64,000 nt of DNA from Alphaproteobacteria bacterium (GTDB lineage Bacteria; Pseudomonadota; Alphaproteobacteria; UBA828): the NCBI GenBank assembly GCA_965220745.1, contig CBDCQT010000007.1, positions 224,001 to 288,000 of the forward strand, read 5' to 3'. Each line of letters opens with the position of its first letter. The stretch's first letter is position 1. Shown in pieces: positions 51,948 through 62,573 of the stretch. The notes under the pieces were generated by a model. It made no database searches, was not told where the DNA came from, and saw only the letters and a program-made list of their open reading frames with translations. The position numbers and the translations under genes are program-made.

Positions 51948-52593
51948 AACTAAGCTCGCTCCCTGGTTTGGGGCCCGCCGCTTCAGGGCGCGGATCGCCG
52001 GCCGTATCGTCCGTCAGCACGGCTTCCGTTACGCCCTCTCCGCGCGCGAAGAACGTGTAGGACAAGGTGATCGTGGTCACGTCGTCGAGCCTGCGATCCT
52101 CAACGATGTCCGGGTCCACGAAGAAGGACACCGGAAAGTCGGCGCGCTCGCCCGGCGCCAGCGTCTGCTCCTCGAAGCAGAAGCACTCGATCTTGTTGAA
52201 GTAGGCACCGGCCTTCACCGGTGTCACGTTGAAGGTCGAGGTGCCGATGAGCGACCGGTCCGACTGGTTCACGGCGTTGTAGAACGCCATGGCCATCTCG
52301 CCGACGCGCACCTTGATCTCGCGCTGCTCTGGCTTGAAGTGCCACGGCAGGTCGCGCGCGGTATCGGCGTTGAAGCGGACGGTGACCACCCGCTCGCCGA
52401 TCGTAACGGGCGCTTCCTCGGCCACCTGGGTGGTGCCGCCGAAGCCCGTGACCTGGCAGAAGAGCTTGTAGAGCGGTACCGCGCCGAAGGCGAGGCCCAC
52501 CATGCCGCACACGACGCCGCCCAGGATGAGCGCGGTCGCGGTGCGGCGCCGGCTCGCGCGCTTGCCGGGGGCGTCGGGCATATCGGTTGCCAT
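51937..52593 (-). CDS. ctaG: Cytochrome c oxidase assembly protein CtaG/Cox11
   Basis: VPLYKLFCQVTG, copper motif ECFCF, TLSYTF. Confidence 0.95.
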   Translation of the reverse strand: MATDMPDAPGKRASRRRTATALILGGVVCGMVGLAFGAVPLYKLFCQVTGFGGTTQVAEEAPVTIGERVVTVRFNADTARDLPWHFKPEQREIKVRVGEMAMAFYNAVNQSDRSLIGTSTFNVTPVKAGAYFNKIECFCFEEQTLAPGERADFPVSFFVDPDIVEDRRLDDVTTITLSYTFFARGEGVTEAVLTDDTAGDPRPEAAGPKPGSELSYGG

Positions 52594-52594
52594 C

Positions 52595-52729
52595 CTACTC
52601 GCCCCCCATCCTGACGATGGTAATGAGGTAGAACAGGATCGCGAGCGCGAGCAGCGCGCCGCCGAGCGCGAAGTTGCGAATCTTGCGCCGGCGCTCGCTG
52701 TCCCGGTCTTTCACGACGCCATCCTTCAT
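52595..52729 (-). CDS. Small single-TM protein of the cox operon (CoxF-like)
   Basis: 44 aa, MKDGVVKDRDSERRRKIRNFALGGALLALAILFYLITIVRMGGE. ATGA overlap with ctaB; typical position between ctaB and ctaG. Confidence 0.7.
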   Translation of the reverse strand: MKDGVVKDRDSERRRKIRNFALGGALLALAILFYLITIVRMGGE

Positions 52730-53643
52730 GGCACGACCGGAACCGGCCACGCGTGGTCCGCGAGCAGCAGCGCGAAGAGCGCGAAGAGATAGATGATCGA
52801 CGTGCCGAAGAGCCGCTTCGCAGCGGCCGGGCTGTGATCCACGAGGACGCGGAAGGCGCCGGCCGCAAGCAGGACACCCGCCACCAGCGCGCCGATGGCG
52901 TAGACCGCACCCGCCGCCCCGGTCACGCAGGGCGCCAGGCTCACGGGCACGAGGAGTAGCGTGTAGGCCACGATCTGGCGGCGCGTGCTGCGATCGCCCG
53001 AAACCACCGGCAGCATCGGCACGTCGGCGGCCTCGTAGTCCGACGAGCGGACCAGCGCGAGCGCCCAGAAATGCGGCGGGGTCCAGAGGAAGATGATGCC
53101 GAACAGCGCGACGGCCGTGAGGTCGATGCCGCCGGTCACCGCCGCCCAGCCGATCATCGGCGGGAAGGCGCCAGCGGCACCGCCGATCACGATGTTCTGC
53201 GGTGTGCGCCGCTTCAGCCACATCGTGTAGATGCAGACGTAGAAGAAGATCGTGAACGCGAGCAGGCCAGCCGCGACCCAATTGACCGCGAGCCCCATCA
53301 GCGCGGTCGCGCCTACAGAGAGCACGATGCCGAGGCCAAGTGCGGCACCCGGCTCGACCCGCCCGGCCGGCACCGGCCGAGTGCGCGTGCGTATCATCAC
53401 GGCGTCGATGTCGCGGTCGTACCACATGTTGATAGCGGCAGAGCCGCCGGCGCCGATAGCGATACAGAGCACCGCCACCGCCGCGATCACCGGATGAATG
53501 GTGCCGGGCGCGATGATGAGCCCGACCGCGCCGGTGAAGACCACGAGGGACATCACCCTGGGCTTCAGCAGCGCAAACGTATCGCCGAGCGCGACCGGCG
53601 CCGCGCTTTCCGCGACCGCTACTCTCGCCGCCGGCTCGCTCAT
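52726..53643 (-). CDS. ctaB: Heme o synthase (protoheme IX farnesyltransferase)
   Basis: LLKPRVMSL, DRDIDAVM, LKRRTPQNIVIGG, WTPPHFWAL. Confidence 0.96.
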   Translation of the reverse strand: MSEPAARVAVAESAAPVALGDTFALLKPRVMSLVVFTGAVGLIIAPGTIHPVIAAVAVLCIAIGAGGSAAINMWYDRDIDAVMIRTRTRPVPAGRVEPGAALGLGIVLSVGATALMGLAVNWVAAGLLAFTIFFYVCIYTMWLKRRTPQNIVIGGAAGAFPPMIGWAAVTGGIDLTAVALFGIIFLWTPPHFWALALVRSSDYEAADVPMLPVVSGDRSTRRQIVAYTLLLVPVSLAPCVTGAAGAVYAIGALVAGVLLAAGAFRVLVDHSPAAAKRLFGTSIIYLFALFALLLADHAWPVPVVP

Positions 53644-53664
53644 CGTACTAGATCCCGCTCCGGC

Positions 53665-55263
53665 CTAGCGGACGCGGGGCAGCTCCTCATGGGTATGGAA
53701 GGGCGCCGGCGAAGGCACCGTCCATTCGAGGGTGCGCGCGCCCTCGCCCCACGGGTTGGCGGCGCACTTCTTACCCCAGAAGAGCGTGTAGATGAGGATG
53801 TAGATGAACAGGATCAACCCGGCGGTCGAGATGTAGGCGCCGATCGAGGAGATCAGGTTCCAGCCGGCGTAGGCGTCCGGATAGTCGGGGATGCGGCGCG
53901 GCATGCCCGAGACGCCGGAGAAGTGCATCGGGAAGAAGGTGAGGTTCACGCCGATGAAAGTGATCCAGAAGTGGATCTTGCCCAGCGTCTCCGGATACTG
54001 GCGGCCGCACATCTTGCCGATCCAGTAGTAGAACGCGCCGAAGGCCATGAACACGGCGCCGAGCGAGAGCACGTAGTGGAAGTGCCCGACCACGTAGTAG
54101 GTGTCGTGCAGCGCGCTATCGAGGCCGGCATTGGCGAGCACGACTCCGGTCACCCCGCCAACCGTGAACAGGAAGATGAAGCCGAAGGCCCACAGCATGG
54201 GCGTCTTGAACTCGATCGAGCCACCCCACATGGTGGCGATCCAGCTGAAGATCTTGATGCCCGTAGGCACCGCGATGACCATCGTCGCGCCGATGAAATA
54301 GGCCCGCGTGTCGACGTCCATACCCACCGTGAACATGTGGTGCGCCCACACGACGAAGCCGATGAAGCCGATGGCGACCATGGCGTAGGCCATGCCGAGG
54401 TAGCCGAAGACCGGCTTGTTGGAGAAGGTGGAGACGATGTGGCTCACGATGCCGAAGGCCGGCAGGATCAGGATGTAGACCTCCGGGTGCCCGAAGAACC
54501 AGAAGAGATGCTGGTAGAGGATCGGGTCGCCGCCGCCGGCCGCGTCGAAGAAGGCAGTGCCGAAGTTGCGGTCCGTCAGCAGCATCGTGATGGCGCCCGC
54601 CAGCACCGGCAGCGAGAGCAGCAGCAGGAAGGCGGTCACCAGCACCGACCAGACGAAGAGCGGCAGCTTGTGCATCGTCATGCCCGGCGCGCGCATGTTG
54701 AGAATGGTGGTGATGAAATTGATGGCGCCGAGGATCGACGACGCGCCCGCGAGATGCAGCGCGAAGATGCCGAGGTCCATGGCCGGGCCCGCGTGGCCCG
54801 AGGTCGATAACGGCGCGTAGACCGTCCAGCCCGCTCCAACGCCCGGTCCAGGTCCCCCGTCCACGAACATCGAAGTCACAAGGAGGGCGCCGGACGGCAC
54901 CAGCAGCCAGAAGCTGATGTTGTTCATGCGCGGGAACGCCATGTCCGGCGCCCCGATCATCAACGGCACGAACCAGTTGCCGAAGCCGCCGATGAAGGCC
55001 GGCATGATCATGAAGAACACCATGATCAGCCCGTGGCCGGTCACGAAGACGTTGAAGGTGTGAGAATCGGCAAAGATCTGCATGCCCGGCTCGGCCAGCT
55101 CCATCCGCATGAAGATGGAGAGCACCGCGCCCACGATGCCGAACACCACCGCAAAGGCGATGTACATCGTGCCGATGTCTTTGTGGTTGGTGGAGTAGAG
55201 CCACCGCGTGATGCCCCGCGGCATGTGATCGTGCGCTGCGTGGGCGTGGGCGTGGTCCGCCAT
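53665..55263 (-). CDS. ctaD: Cytochrome c oxidase subunit I (A1 type)
   Basis: [32 protein letters not shown]. Confidence 0.98.
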   Translation of the reverse strand: MADHAHAHAAHDHMPRGITRWLYSTNHKDIGTMYIAFAVVFGIVGAVLSIFMRMELAEPGMQIFADSHTFNVFVTGHGLIMVFFMIMPAFIGGFGNWFVPLMIGAPDMAFPRMNNISFWLLVPSGALLVTSMFVDGGPGPGVGAGWTVYAPLSTSGHAGPAMDLGIFALHLAGASSILGAINFITTILNMRAPGMTMHKLPLFVWSVLVTAFLLLLSLPVLAGAITMLLTDRNFGTAFFDAAGGGDPILYQHLFWFFGHPEVYILILPAFGIVSHIVSTFSNKPVFGYLGMAYAMVAIGFIGFVVWAHHMFTVGMDVDTRAYFIGATMVIAVPTGIKIFSWIATMWGGSIEFKTPMLWAFGFIFLFTVGGVTGVVLANAGLDSALHDTYYVVGHFHYVLSLGAVFMAFGAFYYWIGKMCGRQYPETLGKIHFWITFIGVNLTFFPMHFSGVSGMPRRIPDYPDAYAGWNLISSIGAYISTAGLILFIYILIYTLFWGKKCAANPWGEGARTLEWTVPSPAPFHTHEELPRVR

Positions 55264-55278
55264 GGCCTCTCTCCTTCC

Positions 55279-56130
55279 TCAGCGCGCCTTGGGCGCGCTG
55301 GCGTCGAGCGCGGCAACCTCGGTCGGGCTGTCGTTCGCCGATGCGTATTCTTCTCGCGCGAATTCCACCCAGGCGTCGAACTCCTCCTGCGACACTGCTT
55401 CGATCATGATCGGCATGAAGCCGTGCAGCGTGCCGCAGAGTTCCGAGCATTGCCCGTAATAGGTGCCCTCGCGGTTGATCTGGAACCAGGTCTCGTTGAC
55501 CCGGCCGGGCACGGAATCCATTTTGACGCCGAACGCCGGGATGGCCCAGGAGTGGATCACGTCGTCGGCCGTGGTCAGCAGCCTGATCTTGGCGCCCACC
55601 GGCAGCACCACCGCCTCGTCGGTCGCGAGCAGGCGAGGCTGCCCCTCCTCCAGCTCATCCTCCTCCAGCATGATCGCGTCGAAGGTGAAGTCGCCATGGT
55701 CGGGATATTCGTAGGACCAGTACCACTGGTGGCCGATCGCCTTCAGCGTCATGTCGGCTTCTGCGACCTTGTCGGTGAAGTAGAGCAGCCGGAACGAGGG
55801 CACAGCGATCACCAGCAGGATGATGACCGGCACCACGGTCCAGATCACCTCCAGCATGGTGTTGTGGGTGGTCTTTGACGGCACCGGGTTCCGTTTCTTG
55901 TTGTAGCGGATCACGATCCAGGCCATCAGGCCGAACACGAAGGCCGTGATGATGACGATGATGATCGTCACCATGAGGTTGAAATCGACGATGCGCTCCA
56001 TGGAGGGCGAGAGGGCGGTCTGAAAGTCGACCTCCCAATCGGTCGGCTGCTGCGCCACTGCCGCTCCGGCGGCGCCAAGCGCGCCGGCGAGACCGGCGAC
56101 CGATGCGCCCAGTTTCGCGAGATGCCTCAC
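55279..56130 (-). CDS. ctaC: Cytochrome c oxidase subunit II
   Basis: GHQWYWSY, DVIHSW, CuA motif CSELCGTLHGFM. Confidence 0.97.
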   Translation of the reverse strand: MRHLAKLGASVAGLAGALGAAGAAVAQQPTDWEVDFQTALSPSMERIVDFNLMVTIIIVIITAFVFGLMAWIVIRYNKKRNPVPSKTTHNTMLEVIWTVVPVIILLVIAVPSFRLLYFTDKVAEADMTLKAIGHQWYWSYEYPDHGDFTFDAIMLEEDELEEGQPRLLATDEAVVLPVGAKIRLLTTADDVIHSWAIPAFGVKMDSVPGRVNETWFQINREGTYYGQCSELCGTLHGFMPIMIEAVSQEEFDAWVEFAREEYASANDSPTEVAALDASAPKAR

Positions 56131-56443
56131 TACTCAACCTCCACTCGATCGTCGGATTTCGCCTGATCGCCCGCCTTCTCCGGTGCCGTGGCTTGGCACC
56201 GAAGGCGCGAACGCAAGGCGGCCCGGACCCCCTCACGCGAAACGGCGCGGCGCGGCCATCGGCGCGCCGCCGCCATTACACGAGCCGCCTGCGTCCTACC
56301 ATGCACCCCACCGTTTTTGAAGCCCCTCATTGACGGCGAGCGGCGCTCTCGCCGATCCTTGGGGCGTTCGGGATGGACGCCACGCCCCGGCGGCCCCATA
56401 TGTTCTCTGCGCACTGGCGCGGGACAAGCGAAGGACGAGCGAC

Positions 56444-57877
56444 ATGAGCCGCGAAACCGTCACCGACGAGATCTTCTTCAATCGCGCCGGCCTCGACCGG
56501 CCGCGCACGGAGGGGATCGTCGCGGACGCACTCAAGGGCGCCGATGACGGCGAGCTTTTCCTCGAATATTGCCAGAGCGAGAGCTTCGCCTTCGACGACG
56601 GCCGGCTCAAGAGCGCGAGCTTCGACACAAGCCAAGGCTTCGGGCTGCGCGCCGTCGCCGGCGAGACCACCGCTTACGCCCACGCCGGCGAGCTCGGCGA
56701 GGACGCGCTGAAACGGGCGGCAGCCACGGTCAAGGCGGTGCGGCACGGCCACGGGGGGACCATGGCGCAGGCCCCGTCGCAGACCAACCGCTCCCTCTAC
56801 GTGGACGACAACCCGCTGGACGGCACGCCCTTCGACGACAAGGTCGCGCTGCTGGCGGAGATCGACGCGTACGCGCGCGCGAAGGAGCCGAGAGTGCGCC
56901 AGGTGATGGCGTCGCTGCTCGGCTCCTGGCAGGCGGTGGAGATCGTCCGTGCAGACGGTAGCCGTGCCTGCGACGTGCGCCCGCTGGTGCGCCTCAACGT
57001 CGCCGTCATGGTTGGCGAGGGGGAGCGGCAGGAGACCGGCTCCCATGGCGTCGGCGGGAGAGTGGTCTACGACGAGTTCCTCGCGCCCGAGCGCTGGCAG
57101 GCGCAGGTGGACGAAGCGCTCCGCCAAGCCCTGGTCAATCTCGAGTCCGTCGCGACGCCTGCCGGCGAGATGCCCGTAGTGCTCGGCCCCGGCTGGCCCG
57201 GCATCCTGCTGCACGAGGCCATCGGCCACGGCCTCGAAGGCGACTTCAACCGCAAGAAGACCAGCGCGTTCTCCGGCCTGCTCGGCGAGCGGGTCGCCTC
57301 ACCGGGTGTGACCGTGGTGGACGACGGCACCATCGACGACCGGCGTGGCTCGCTCACCGTGGACGACGAGGGCACGCCCACCGGCCGCACCGTGCTGATC
57401 GAGGACGGCATCCTGCGCGGCTACCTGCAGGACCGCATGAACGCCCGCCTGATGGACATGGAGCCCACCGGCAACGGCCGGCGCGAGAGCTATGCGCATG
57501 CGCCCATGCCGCGCATGACCAACACCTTCATGCTGGACGGCGCCGACGAGCCGGAAGAGATCATCGGCCGGGTGAAGAAGGGCATCTACGCCAAGAACTT
57601 CAGCGGCGGCCAGGTGGACATCACCTCGGGCAAGTTCGTGTTCTCGGCTGCCGAGGCCTACCTGATCGAGGACGGCAAGACGACCGCGCCGCTCAAAGGC
57701 GCGAGCCTGATCGGCAACGGCCCCGACGTACTGACGAGGGTCGCTGCCATCGGTAACGATTTCGCGCTCGACACCGGCATCGGCACCTGCGGCAAGAACG
57801 GCCAGGGCGTTCCGGTCGGTGTCGGCCTGCCCACGCTGCTGGTCGACCCCATCACCGTGGGCGGCACCGACGCTTAG
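56444..57877 (+). CDS. tldD: Metalloprotease TldD
   Basis: GFGLRAV, LHEAIGHGLEGD, PRMTNT, GTCGKNGQGVPVG. ATG 56444 after AAGGA. Confidence 0.96.
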   Translation: MSRETVTDEIFFNRAGLDRPRTEGIVADALKGADDGELFLEYCQSESFAFDDGRLKSASFDTSQGFGLRAVAGETTAYAHAGELGEDALKRAAATVKAVRHGHGGTMAQAPSQTNRSLYVDDNPLDGTPFDDKVALLAEIDAYARAKEPRVRQVMASLLGSWQAVEIVRADGSRACDVRPLVRLNVAVMVGEGERQETGSHGVGGRVVYDEFLAPERWQAQVDEALRQALVNLESVATPAGEMPVVLGPGWPGILLHEAIGHGLEGDFNRKKTSAFSGLLGERVASPGVTVVDDGTIDDRRGSLTVDDEGTPTGRTVLIEDGILRGYLQDRMNARLMDMEPTGNGRRESYAHAPMPRMTNTFMLDGADEPEEIIGRVKKGIYAKNFSGGQVDITSGKFVFSAAEAYLIEDGKTTAPLKGASLIGNGPDVLTRVAAIGNDFALDTGIGTCGKNGQGVPVGVGLPTLLVDPITVGGTDA

Positions 57878-58052
57878 AGCGTTTCCGTCTTGCACGGAAA
57901 CGCTCTCTCACCTTATCGCTCACGGCAGCCGGCCGTCTCGCGAGTCCGCGCGCCTATGGGCGCGACGGCCGGCGCCTGCGCGGGCGCGCCGCAGCAGCGG
58001 CGGGCCGCAGCTGCGGCCTTTCGCGCGTCCGTCAAAGTCGGACGCGCTCTAA
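57874..58052. repeat. Structured MITE/REP-like intergenic element, copy B (apparently full length)
   Basis: 8-bp terminal inverted repeats TTAGAGCG (57874-57881) and CGCTCTAA (58045-58052). 13-bp left hairpin, 9-bp right hairpin, internal similarity to 11282-11395. Confidence 0.85.
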
Positions 58053-59530
58053 AGCAGCGATCCCTGCCCGTCGTCGTCCTCGTCCCGCGTGGTCTTGCGG
58101 GGCTTGGGCTTGCCGGCGGCGCGTGCGGCGGCACGGCCATCTTGGAATTCGAGGGATAGCGCGGCGCCAGACTTCACCTCCTGAGCGCTGATGAGCGGAC
58201 GCTCGCGCTCATCGCGCACCACCGCGTAGCCGCGCGCGAGCACGCCCCGGTAGGAATAGCTCTCCAGCAGGCGTGCCGCGGTCTCGACCCGCCCGGCCCG
58301 CTCGCTCAAGGCCGCCCGCCCGGCATGGCGCAGCCGCCCGGCCAATTGATCCGTACCCCGGCGTTCCCATTCGATGCGGGCGGCGGGGTGCCCGGCCGCG
58401 AGGCGCCCGGCGGCGTGCGTGAGCTGCTGACGCTTGAGCGTGAGGAGTTGGCGCGGCTTGAGCGGCCTGAGCCGGTCCACGGCCTGGTGCTCCGCCGTGA
58501 GCCGGCCCCGCGCCCCGCGGGCGAGCCGCTCCGACCAGTCGTCGAGCCGCTGGCCCGCGATCGTGAGCCGGTCCCGCGCCGCCGGCAGGCCGCGCCCGAG
58601 CCCGTCGATCCGCGCGCGCCGCTCTGCGATCTGCCGGCGGAGCGATGCGCCCAGCCGATGCTCCAGAGACTGCGTGCGCTCCAGCAGGTCGGCGCGCACC
58701 GGCACCGCCATCTCGGCGGCGGCAGTCGGCGTCGGCGCCCGGCGGTCGGCGGCGAGGTCGATCAGTGTCACGTCGGTCTCGTGACCCACGGCGGCGATTA
58801 GGGGGATTTCACTCGCGGCCGCAGCACGCACCACGACTTCTTCGTTGAAGGCCCAGAGGTCCTCCAGGCTGCCGCCGCCGCGGGCGACGATCAACACGTC
58901 GGGCCGTGGCACCGCCCCGCCTGCGTCGAGGCGGCTGAAGCCCTCGATGGCGGCGGCGATCTCCTCTGCCGCGCCGGCACCCTGCACCGTAACCGGCCAG
59001 ATCAGCACCCGGCGGGGGAAGCGGTCTTCGATACGGTGCAGGATGTCGCGAATCACGGCGCCCGTGGGCGAGGTCACGACTCCTACCGTCTCCGGCAGGT
59101 ACGGCAGGTCGCGCTTGCGCGCCTCGTCGAACAGGCCCTCGGCGGCGAGTTCCTTCTTGCGCGCCTCAAGCAGCGCGAGCAGCGCGCCGGCGCCGGAAAG
59201 CTCCAGCCGCTCCACCACGATCTGGTAGCGCGAGCGCCCCGGATAGGTGCTGATCTTGCCGGTGGCGACGACCTCGAGCCCGTCTTCCGGCGCGATCCCG
59301 AGCCTGCCGGCGACGCCGCGCCAGCAGACGGCGTCGAGCACCGCGTCCGCGTCCTTGAGCGCGAAGTAGAGATGGCCTGACGCGGCGCGCTTGAAGCCCG
59401 AGACCTCGCCCCGCACGCTGACCCAGGCGAACTCGCCCTCGACCACGCGCTTGAGCGCCTGCGAGAGCTCGCCGACCGTGAGGACCGGCCGGTTGCTGCC
59501 GTTAGCGAGGGTGGTGTCCGCCTCCGTCAT
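58049..59530 (-). CDS. xseA: Exodeoxyribonuclease VII large subunit
   Basis: SGHLYFALKD, VVTSPTGAVIRD, ARGGGSLEDLW, AVGHETD, APTPTAAAE. Confidence 0.96.
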   Translation of the reverse strand: MTEADTTLANGSNRPVLTVGELSQALKRVVEGEFAWVSVRGEVSGFKRAASGHLYFALKDADAVLDAVCWRGVAGRLGIAPEDGLEVVATGKISTYPGRSRYQIVVERLELSGAGALLALLEARKKELAAEGLFDEARKRDLPYLPETVGVVTSPTGAVIRDILHRIEDRFPRRVLIWPVTVQGAGAAEEIAAAIEGFSRLDAGGAVPRPDVLIVARGGGSLEDLWAFNEEVVVRAAAASEIPLIAAVGHETDVTLIDLAADRRAPTPTAAAEMAVPVRADLLERTQSLEHRLGASLRRQIAERRARIDGLGRGLPAARDRLTIAGQRLDDWSERLARGARGRLTAEHQAVDRLRPLKPRQLLTLKRQQLTHAAGRLAAGHPAARIEWERRGTDQLAGRLRHAGRAALSERAGRVETAARLLESYSYRGVLARGYAVVRDERERPLISAQEVKSGAALSLEFQDGRAAARAAGKPKPRKTTRDEDDDGQGSLL

Positions 59531-59552
59531 CGCCTGCCGGCGTGCGCCGCCC

Positions 59553-60368
59553 TCAAGGAGCAAAGAAGGCGAGGGTGCGGGATTCGATGCTCTGGCGCGG
59601 GCGCGCGCCCGCCGGCGCGTTGGGATCGGCGAAGGCCGTGTGCGCGGTGAACCGCGCCCGGCCGTCGGCAAGCGAATCGTAGGTCTTGAAGATCAGCGCT
59701 TCGTCCGGGCCCATGTCAGAAAAGTAGAACCAGCGATGGCCGGGATCGTGGCTGAGCTGCATCACCTCGCCGATGCGGTGGGTGTAGACCAGATCGGTCA
59801 GCACGAAGTCCCCCTCGTCGATGCTCTGGGCATCGCAGATCGCGAGCGGCATGTCCTGCACCGGGCCCGCGATCGGCCGCCACATCTGCACCACGGCGAA
59901 GCGGTGCTGCAACAAGGCTTCGGCGCGGTCTGCCGGCAGCAGGTCGCGCACCCGCTGCGGTGCCGAGCGGGGGGTGTAGTCGTTGTGCGCCACGTGCACC
60001 GGCTCGCGCACCTTCCGCTCGCTCCGCAGCGTGTCGTCGGCGACGCGGATGGTGTGGTCGAAGACCAGCACCTCGGCGGCGCCGCTCGCCTGCTTTACCA
60101 GGCGCTCGACCTCCGGGCTGTAGACCGCTTCGATCTCGTCGCTGTCGTAGAAGTCCGAGACCGCGCTGCCCTCGGTGTTGAAGGTGAAGCCCTCGCGCTC
60201 CAGATCGAGGGCATCCGCCGTCGGCCGGGCGTCGCGGATCGTGACCTCGACCTCCCGGTACTCGGCGTTGCGCTGCGCCGGCTTGCTGCCCGGATTGGTG
60301 AGGTAAGTGACCGGCTTCTCGTCCGTGGGAAGGATGTAGTTGATCGAGGCGTGGACGGCTCCAGACAT
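59553..60368 (-). CDS. CmcJ/NvfI-family oxidoreductase (Fe/2-oxoglutarate-type)
   Basis: VFDHTIR, HxD in AHNDYT, WRPI...PLAICDA, LIFKTYDS, AHTAF, RQSIESR. Confidence 0.8.
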   Translation of the reverse strand: MSGAVHASINYILPTDEKPVTYLTNPGSKPAQRNAEYREVEVTIRDARPTADALDLEREGFTFNTEGSAVSDFYDSDEIEAVYSPEVERLVKQASGAAEVLVFDHTIRVADDTLRSERKVREPVHVAHNDYTPRSAPQRVRDLLPADRAEALLQHRFAVVQMWRPIAGPVQDMPLAICDAQSIDEGDFVLTDLVYTHRIGEVMQLSHDPGHRWFYFSDMGPDEALIFKTYDSLADGRARFTAHTAFADPNAPAGARPRQSIESRTLAFFAP

Positions 60369-60472
60369 GGCGATGCTCTCTCAGGCTGAGACGTGCTGCG
60401 GGGCTGGTGACAATTTAGACGGAAGTGCGCCGCCGGCAACACCGGTGTGGTTCAGTTGCGTTGCTCTTCGCT

Positions 60473-62494
60473 TCAGACGGCGGCGATCTCGACCTCGACG
60501 CCGTGCACGCAGGTGCTCTCGCCCATGTCCGACTTGATGCCGGGGTTGAGCACGTTGACGTTGGCTCTGGTGCCCTCCTGGCGCGGCCAGCGGCCCTTGG
60601 GGCTGAGCGCGACGCCTTGCGGGATCATCTCGGCGATGGCGAGATCGAGTTCCAGGCTGCCGGTTTCGTTGCTGAGCCGCACCCGCTGGCCTTCGGCGAG
60701 CCCGAGGGCCTGGGCGTCCGCCGGATGCAGCGTCACCGTCGCCTCGCCCATGCGCTCGGCGATGCGCCCGTCGTTGGCGTAGGAATCGTTCATCAGCCAG
60801 GGCGAGGCCGGCGTCAGCAGACGCAGCCGGCCGCTCTCCGGCTTCGGGTCGGCGTCGGCGAGCGGCAGACGGGGATGGCCGTCCGCCTCGGCGCGGTCCG
60901 AAGCGATCTCGATCTTGCCGCTCGGCGTCGGGAAGGCGAGGTCCGGGAACTGGATGATCGGCTGGGTGGTCGGAAACACGGTGCCGGTCTTCTTGAAGTC
61001 GTCGAAGGAGCCCTCGACACCCACCTGGCCCATGATCCGCGCGATGATCGTCGCATCGTCTTCGTAAAGTTCGGGGTCGGCGTAGCCCATGGCGCGGGAG
61101 AGGCGCCGAAATATCTCCTGGTTGGGGAGAGAGTCGCCGAGCGGCTCCTGCAGCTTGGCCTGGGCGGAGAAGGAGAGGTTGAAGTAGCCCGAGACCAGAT
61201 CGTCGAATTCGAGGAACGACGCCGCCGGCAGCACGTAATCGGCATAGTCGGCGGTGTCGGTCTGGAAGATGTCCAGGACCACGGTGAAGAGGTCTTCCCG
61301 CATGAGCGCGCGGCGGAACCGCGCCTGCTCGGGGCTGGAGGCTGCCGGGTTGATGTTCCAGCAGAGGAAGGCCTGGATGTCCGCCGGGTCCTCGAGCCTT
61401 GCGGCAAGCTCCATCTGGCTGAAGCTCGGCGGGCTCTGGCTCAGCGCGGTGCCCGACAAATAGTCGCCGTCCACGCCCTTCCGCCCGCTGCCGTTGAGAT
61501 AGAGCATGCCCGCGCCGGGCTTGCCGAAGTTGCCGGTGACCGCCGGCAGCAGCGCGCAGGCGCGCATCACGTTGCCGCCCATCGCCTGGCGTTGCAGCCC
61601 CTGGCCGAGCCAGAGCAGCGCGGGCCCTGCACCATAAATCCGCGCCGCCTCCCCGATTTGCGCCGCCGGCACGCCGGTGCGGGCCTCGCCCCAGGCCGGC
61701 GTGCGGGGGGCGATGGCGGGCTCAAGCTCGTCCCAGCCAAGTGTGTGGGCATCGAGGAAGGCGTGGTCGATCAGCCCGTCGCGGACCAGCACGTGAACCA
61801 TGGCGAAGGCCAGCGCCGCGTCGCTGCCAGGGAAGGGCTGGAGGTGCATGTCAGCCTGCTCGGCGGTCGGGTGACGCACCGGGTCGATCACGATCACCGT
61901 GCCCGGCGCCTCCTTCAGCCAGTGCTTGTGCTGATGGGGCGCCGAGGCGGACGGGTTCGCGCCCCAGACGACGATACAGTTGGAGTCCTTTGCGGTGCGT
62001 GGGTCGAAGCCGATCACCGAGGTGCCGATCGCGTAGTCCAGCGCCACGTGACCGGCCATGTTGCACACCGTGTCGGGCTCCACCTCGCGGGCGCCGAGGC
62101 GGCCCAGGAAGCGCATCGGGAAGGTGTTGGCGATCAGCGAGCAGGTTCCGGTGTAGTGCGCGTGCACGATCTTCTCAGCGCCGTCGCCCGCGGCGATCGC
62201 CTTGAAGCGCGCGGCGATATCCGCGATGGCCTCGTCCCACGAGACCGGCTCGAAGCGCCCTTCGCCCTTGGCGCCGGCGCGCCTGAGCGGCGTCCGCAGC
62301 CGCACCTCTAGGTCGCGGAAGACACCGTTGTAGGCCAGCGCGCACTTGCCGCAGAGCGCGCCCCGGCTCACCGGGTGGTCGGGGTCGCCGAGCACGCGGG
62401 TGATCGCTCCGTCGCGCTTGATCGCGACGATGCCGCAGGCGTCGTAGCAATCGCGCGGGCAGGTGGTCTTGAGGACTTCCTTCTCGCCTGGCAT
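60473..62494 (-). CDS. Cytoplasmic molybdopterin-dependent oxidoreductase (DMSO reductase superfamily)
   Basis: Fe-S motif CPRDCYDAC...LCGK, VWGANP, PGSDAALA, TADYADYVLPA, C-terminal HPADA domain. No Tat signal. Confidence 0.9.
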   Translation of the reverse strand: MPGEKEVLKTTCPRDCYDACGIVAIKRDGAITRVLGDPDHPVSRGALCGKCALAYNGVFRDLEVRLRTPLRRAGAKGEGRFEPVSWDEAIADIAARFKAIAAGDGAEKIVHAHYTGTCSLIANTFPMRFLGRLGAREVEPDTVCNMAGHVALDYAIGTSVIGFDPRTAKDSNCIVVWGANPSASAPHQHKHWLKEAPGTVIVIDPVRHPTAEQADMHLQPFPGSDAALAFAMVHVLVRDGLIDHAFLDAHTLGWDELEPAIAPRTPAWGEARTGVPAAQIGEAARIYGAGPALLWLGQGLQRQAMGGNVMRACALLPAVTGNFGKPGAGMLYLNGSGRKGVDGDYLSGTALSQSPPSFSQMELAARLEDPADIQAFLCWNINPAASSPEQARFRRALMREDLFTVVLDIFQTDTADYADYVLPAASFLEFDDLVSGYFNLSFSAQAKLQEPLGDSLPNQEIFRRLSRAMGYADPELYEDDATIIARIMGQVGVEGSFDDFKKTGTVFPTTQPIIQFPDLAFPTPSGKIEIASDRAEADGHPRLPLADADPKPESGRLRLLTPASPWLMNDSYANDGRIAERMGEATVTLHPADAQALGLAEGQRVRLSNETGSLELDLAIAEMIPQGVALSPKGRWPRQEGTRANVNVLNPGIKSDMGESTCVHGVEVEIAAV

Positions 62495-62573
62495 GGCGGC
62501 CTCCGGGATGCGTTCCGAGCCTCAACCTAACCCGGCACACGCGGCCCCGGAAGCCTGTGCCGAGAATTCGGGG

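Noticed and set aside
56394-56401. RpoH-like -10 element CCCCATAT upstream of tldD
   Set aside because: There is no convincing CTTG -35 at the expected spacing, so it is too weak to call.
48527-57877. tldD and M32 carboxypeptidase flanking the cox operon as a novel system
   Set aside because: Peptidase genes beside the aa3 oxidase operon are a familiar alphaproteobacterial arrangement.
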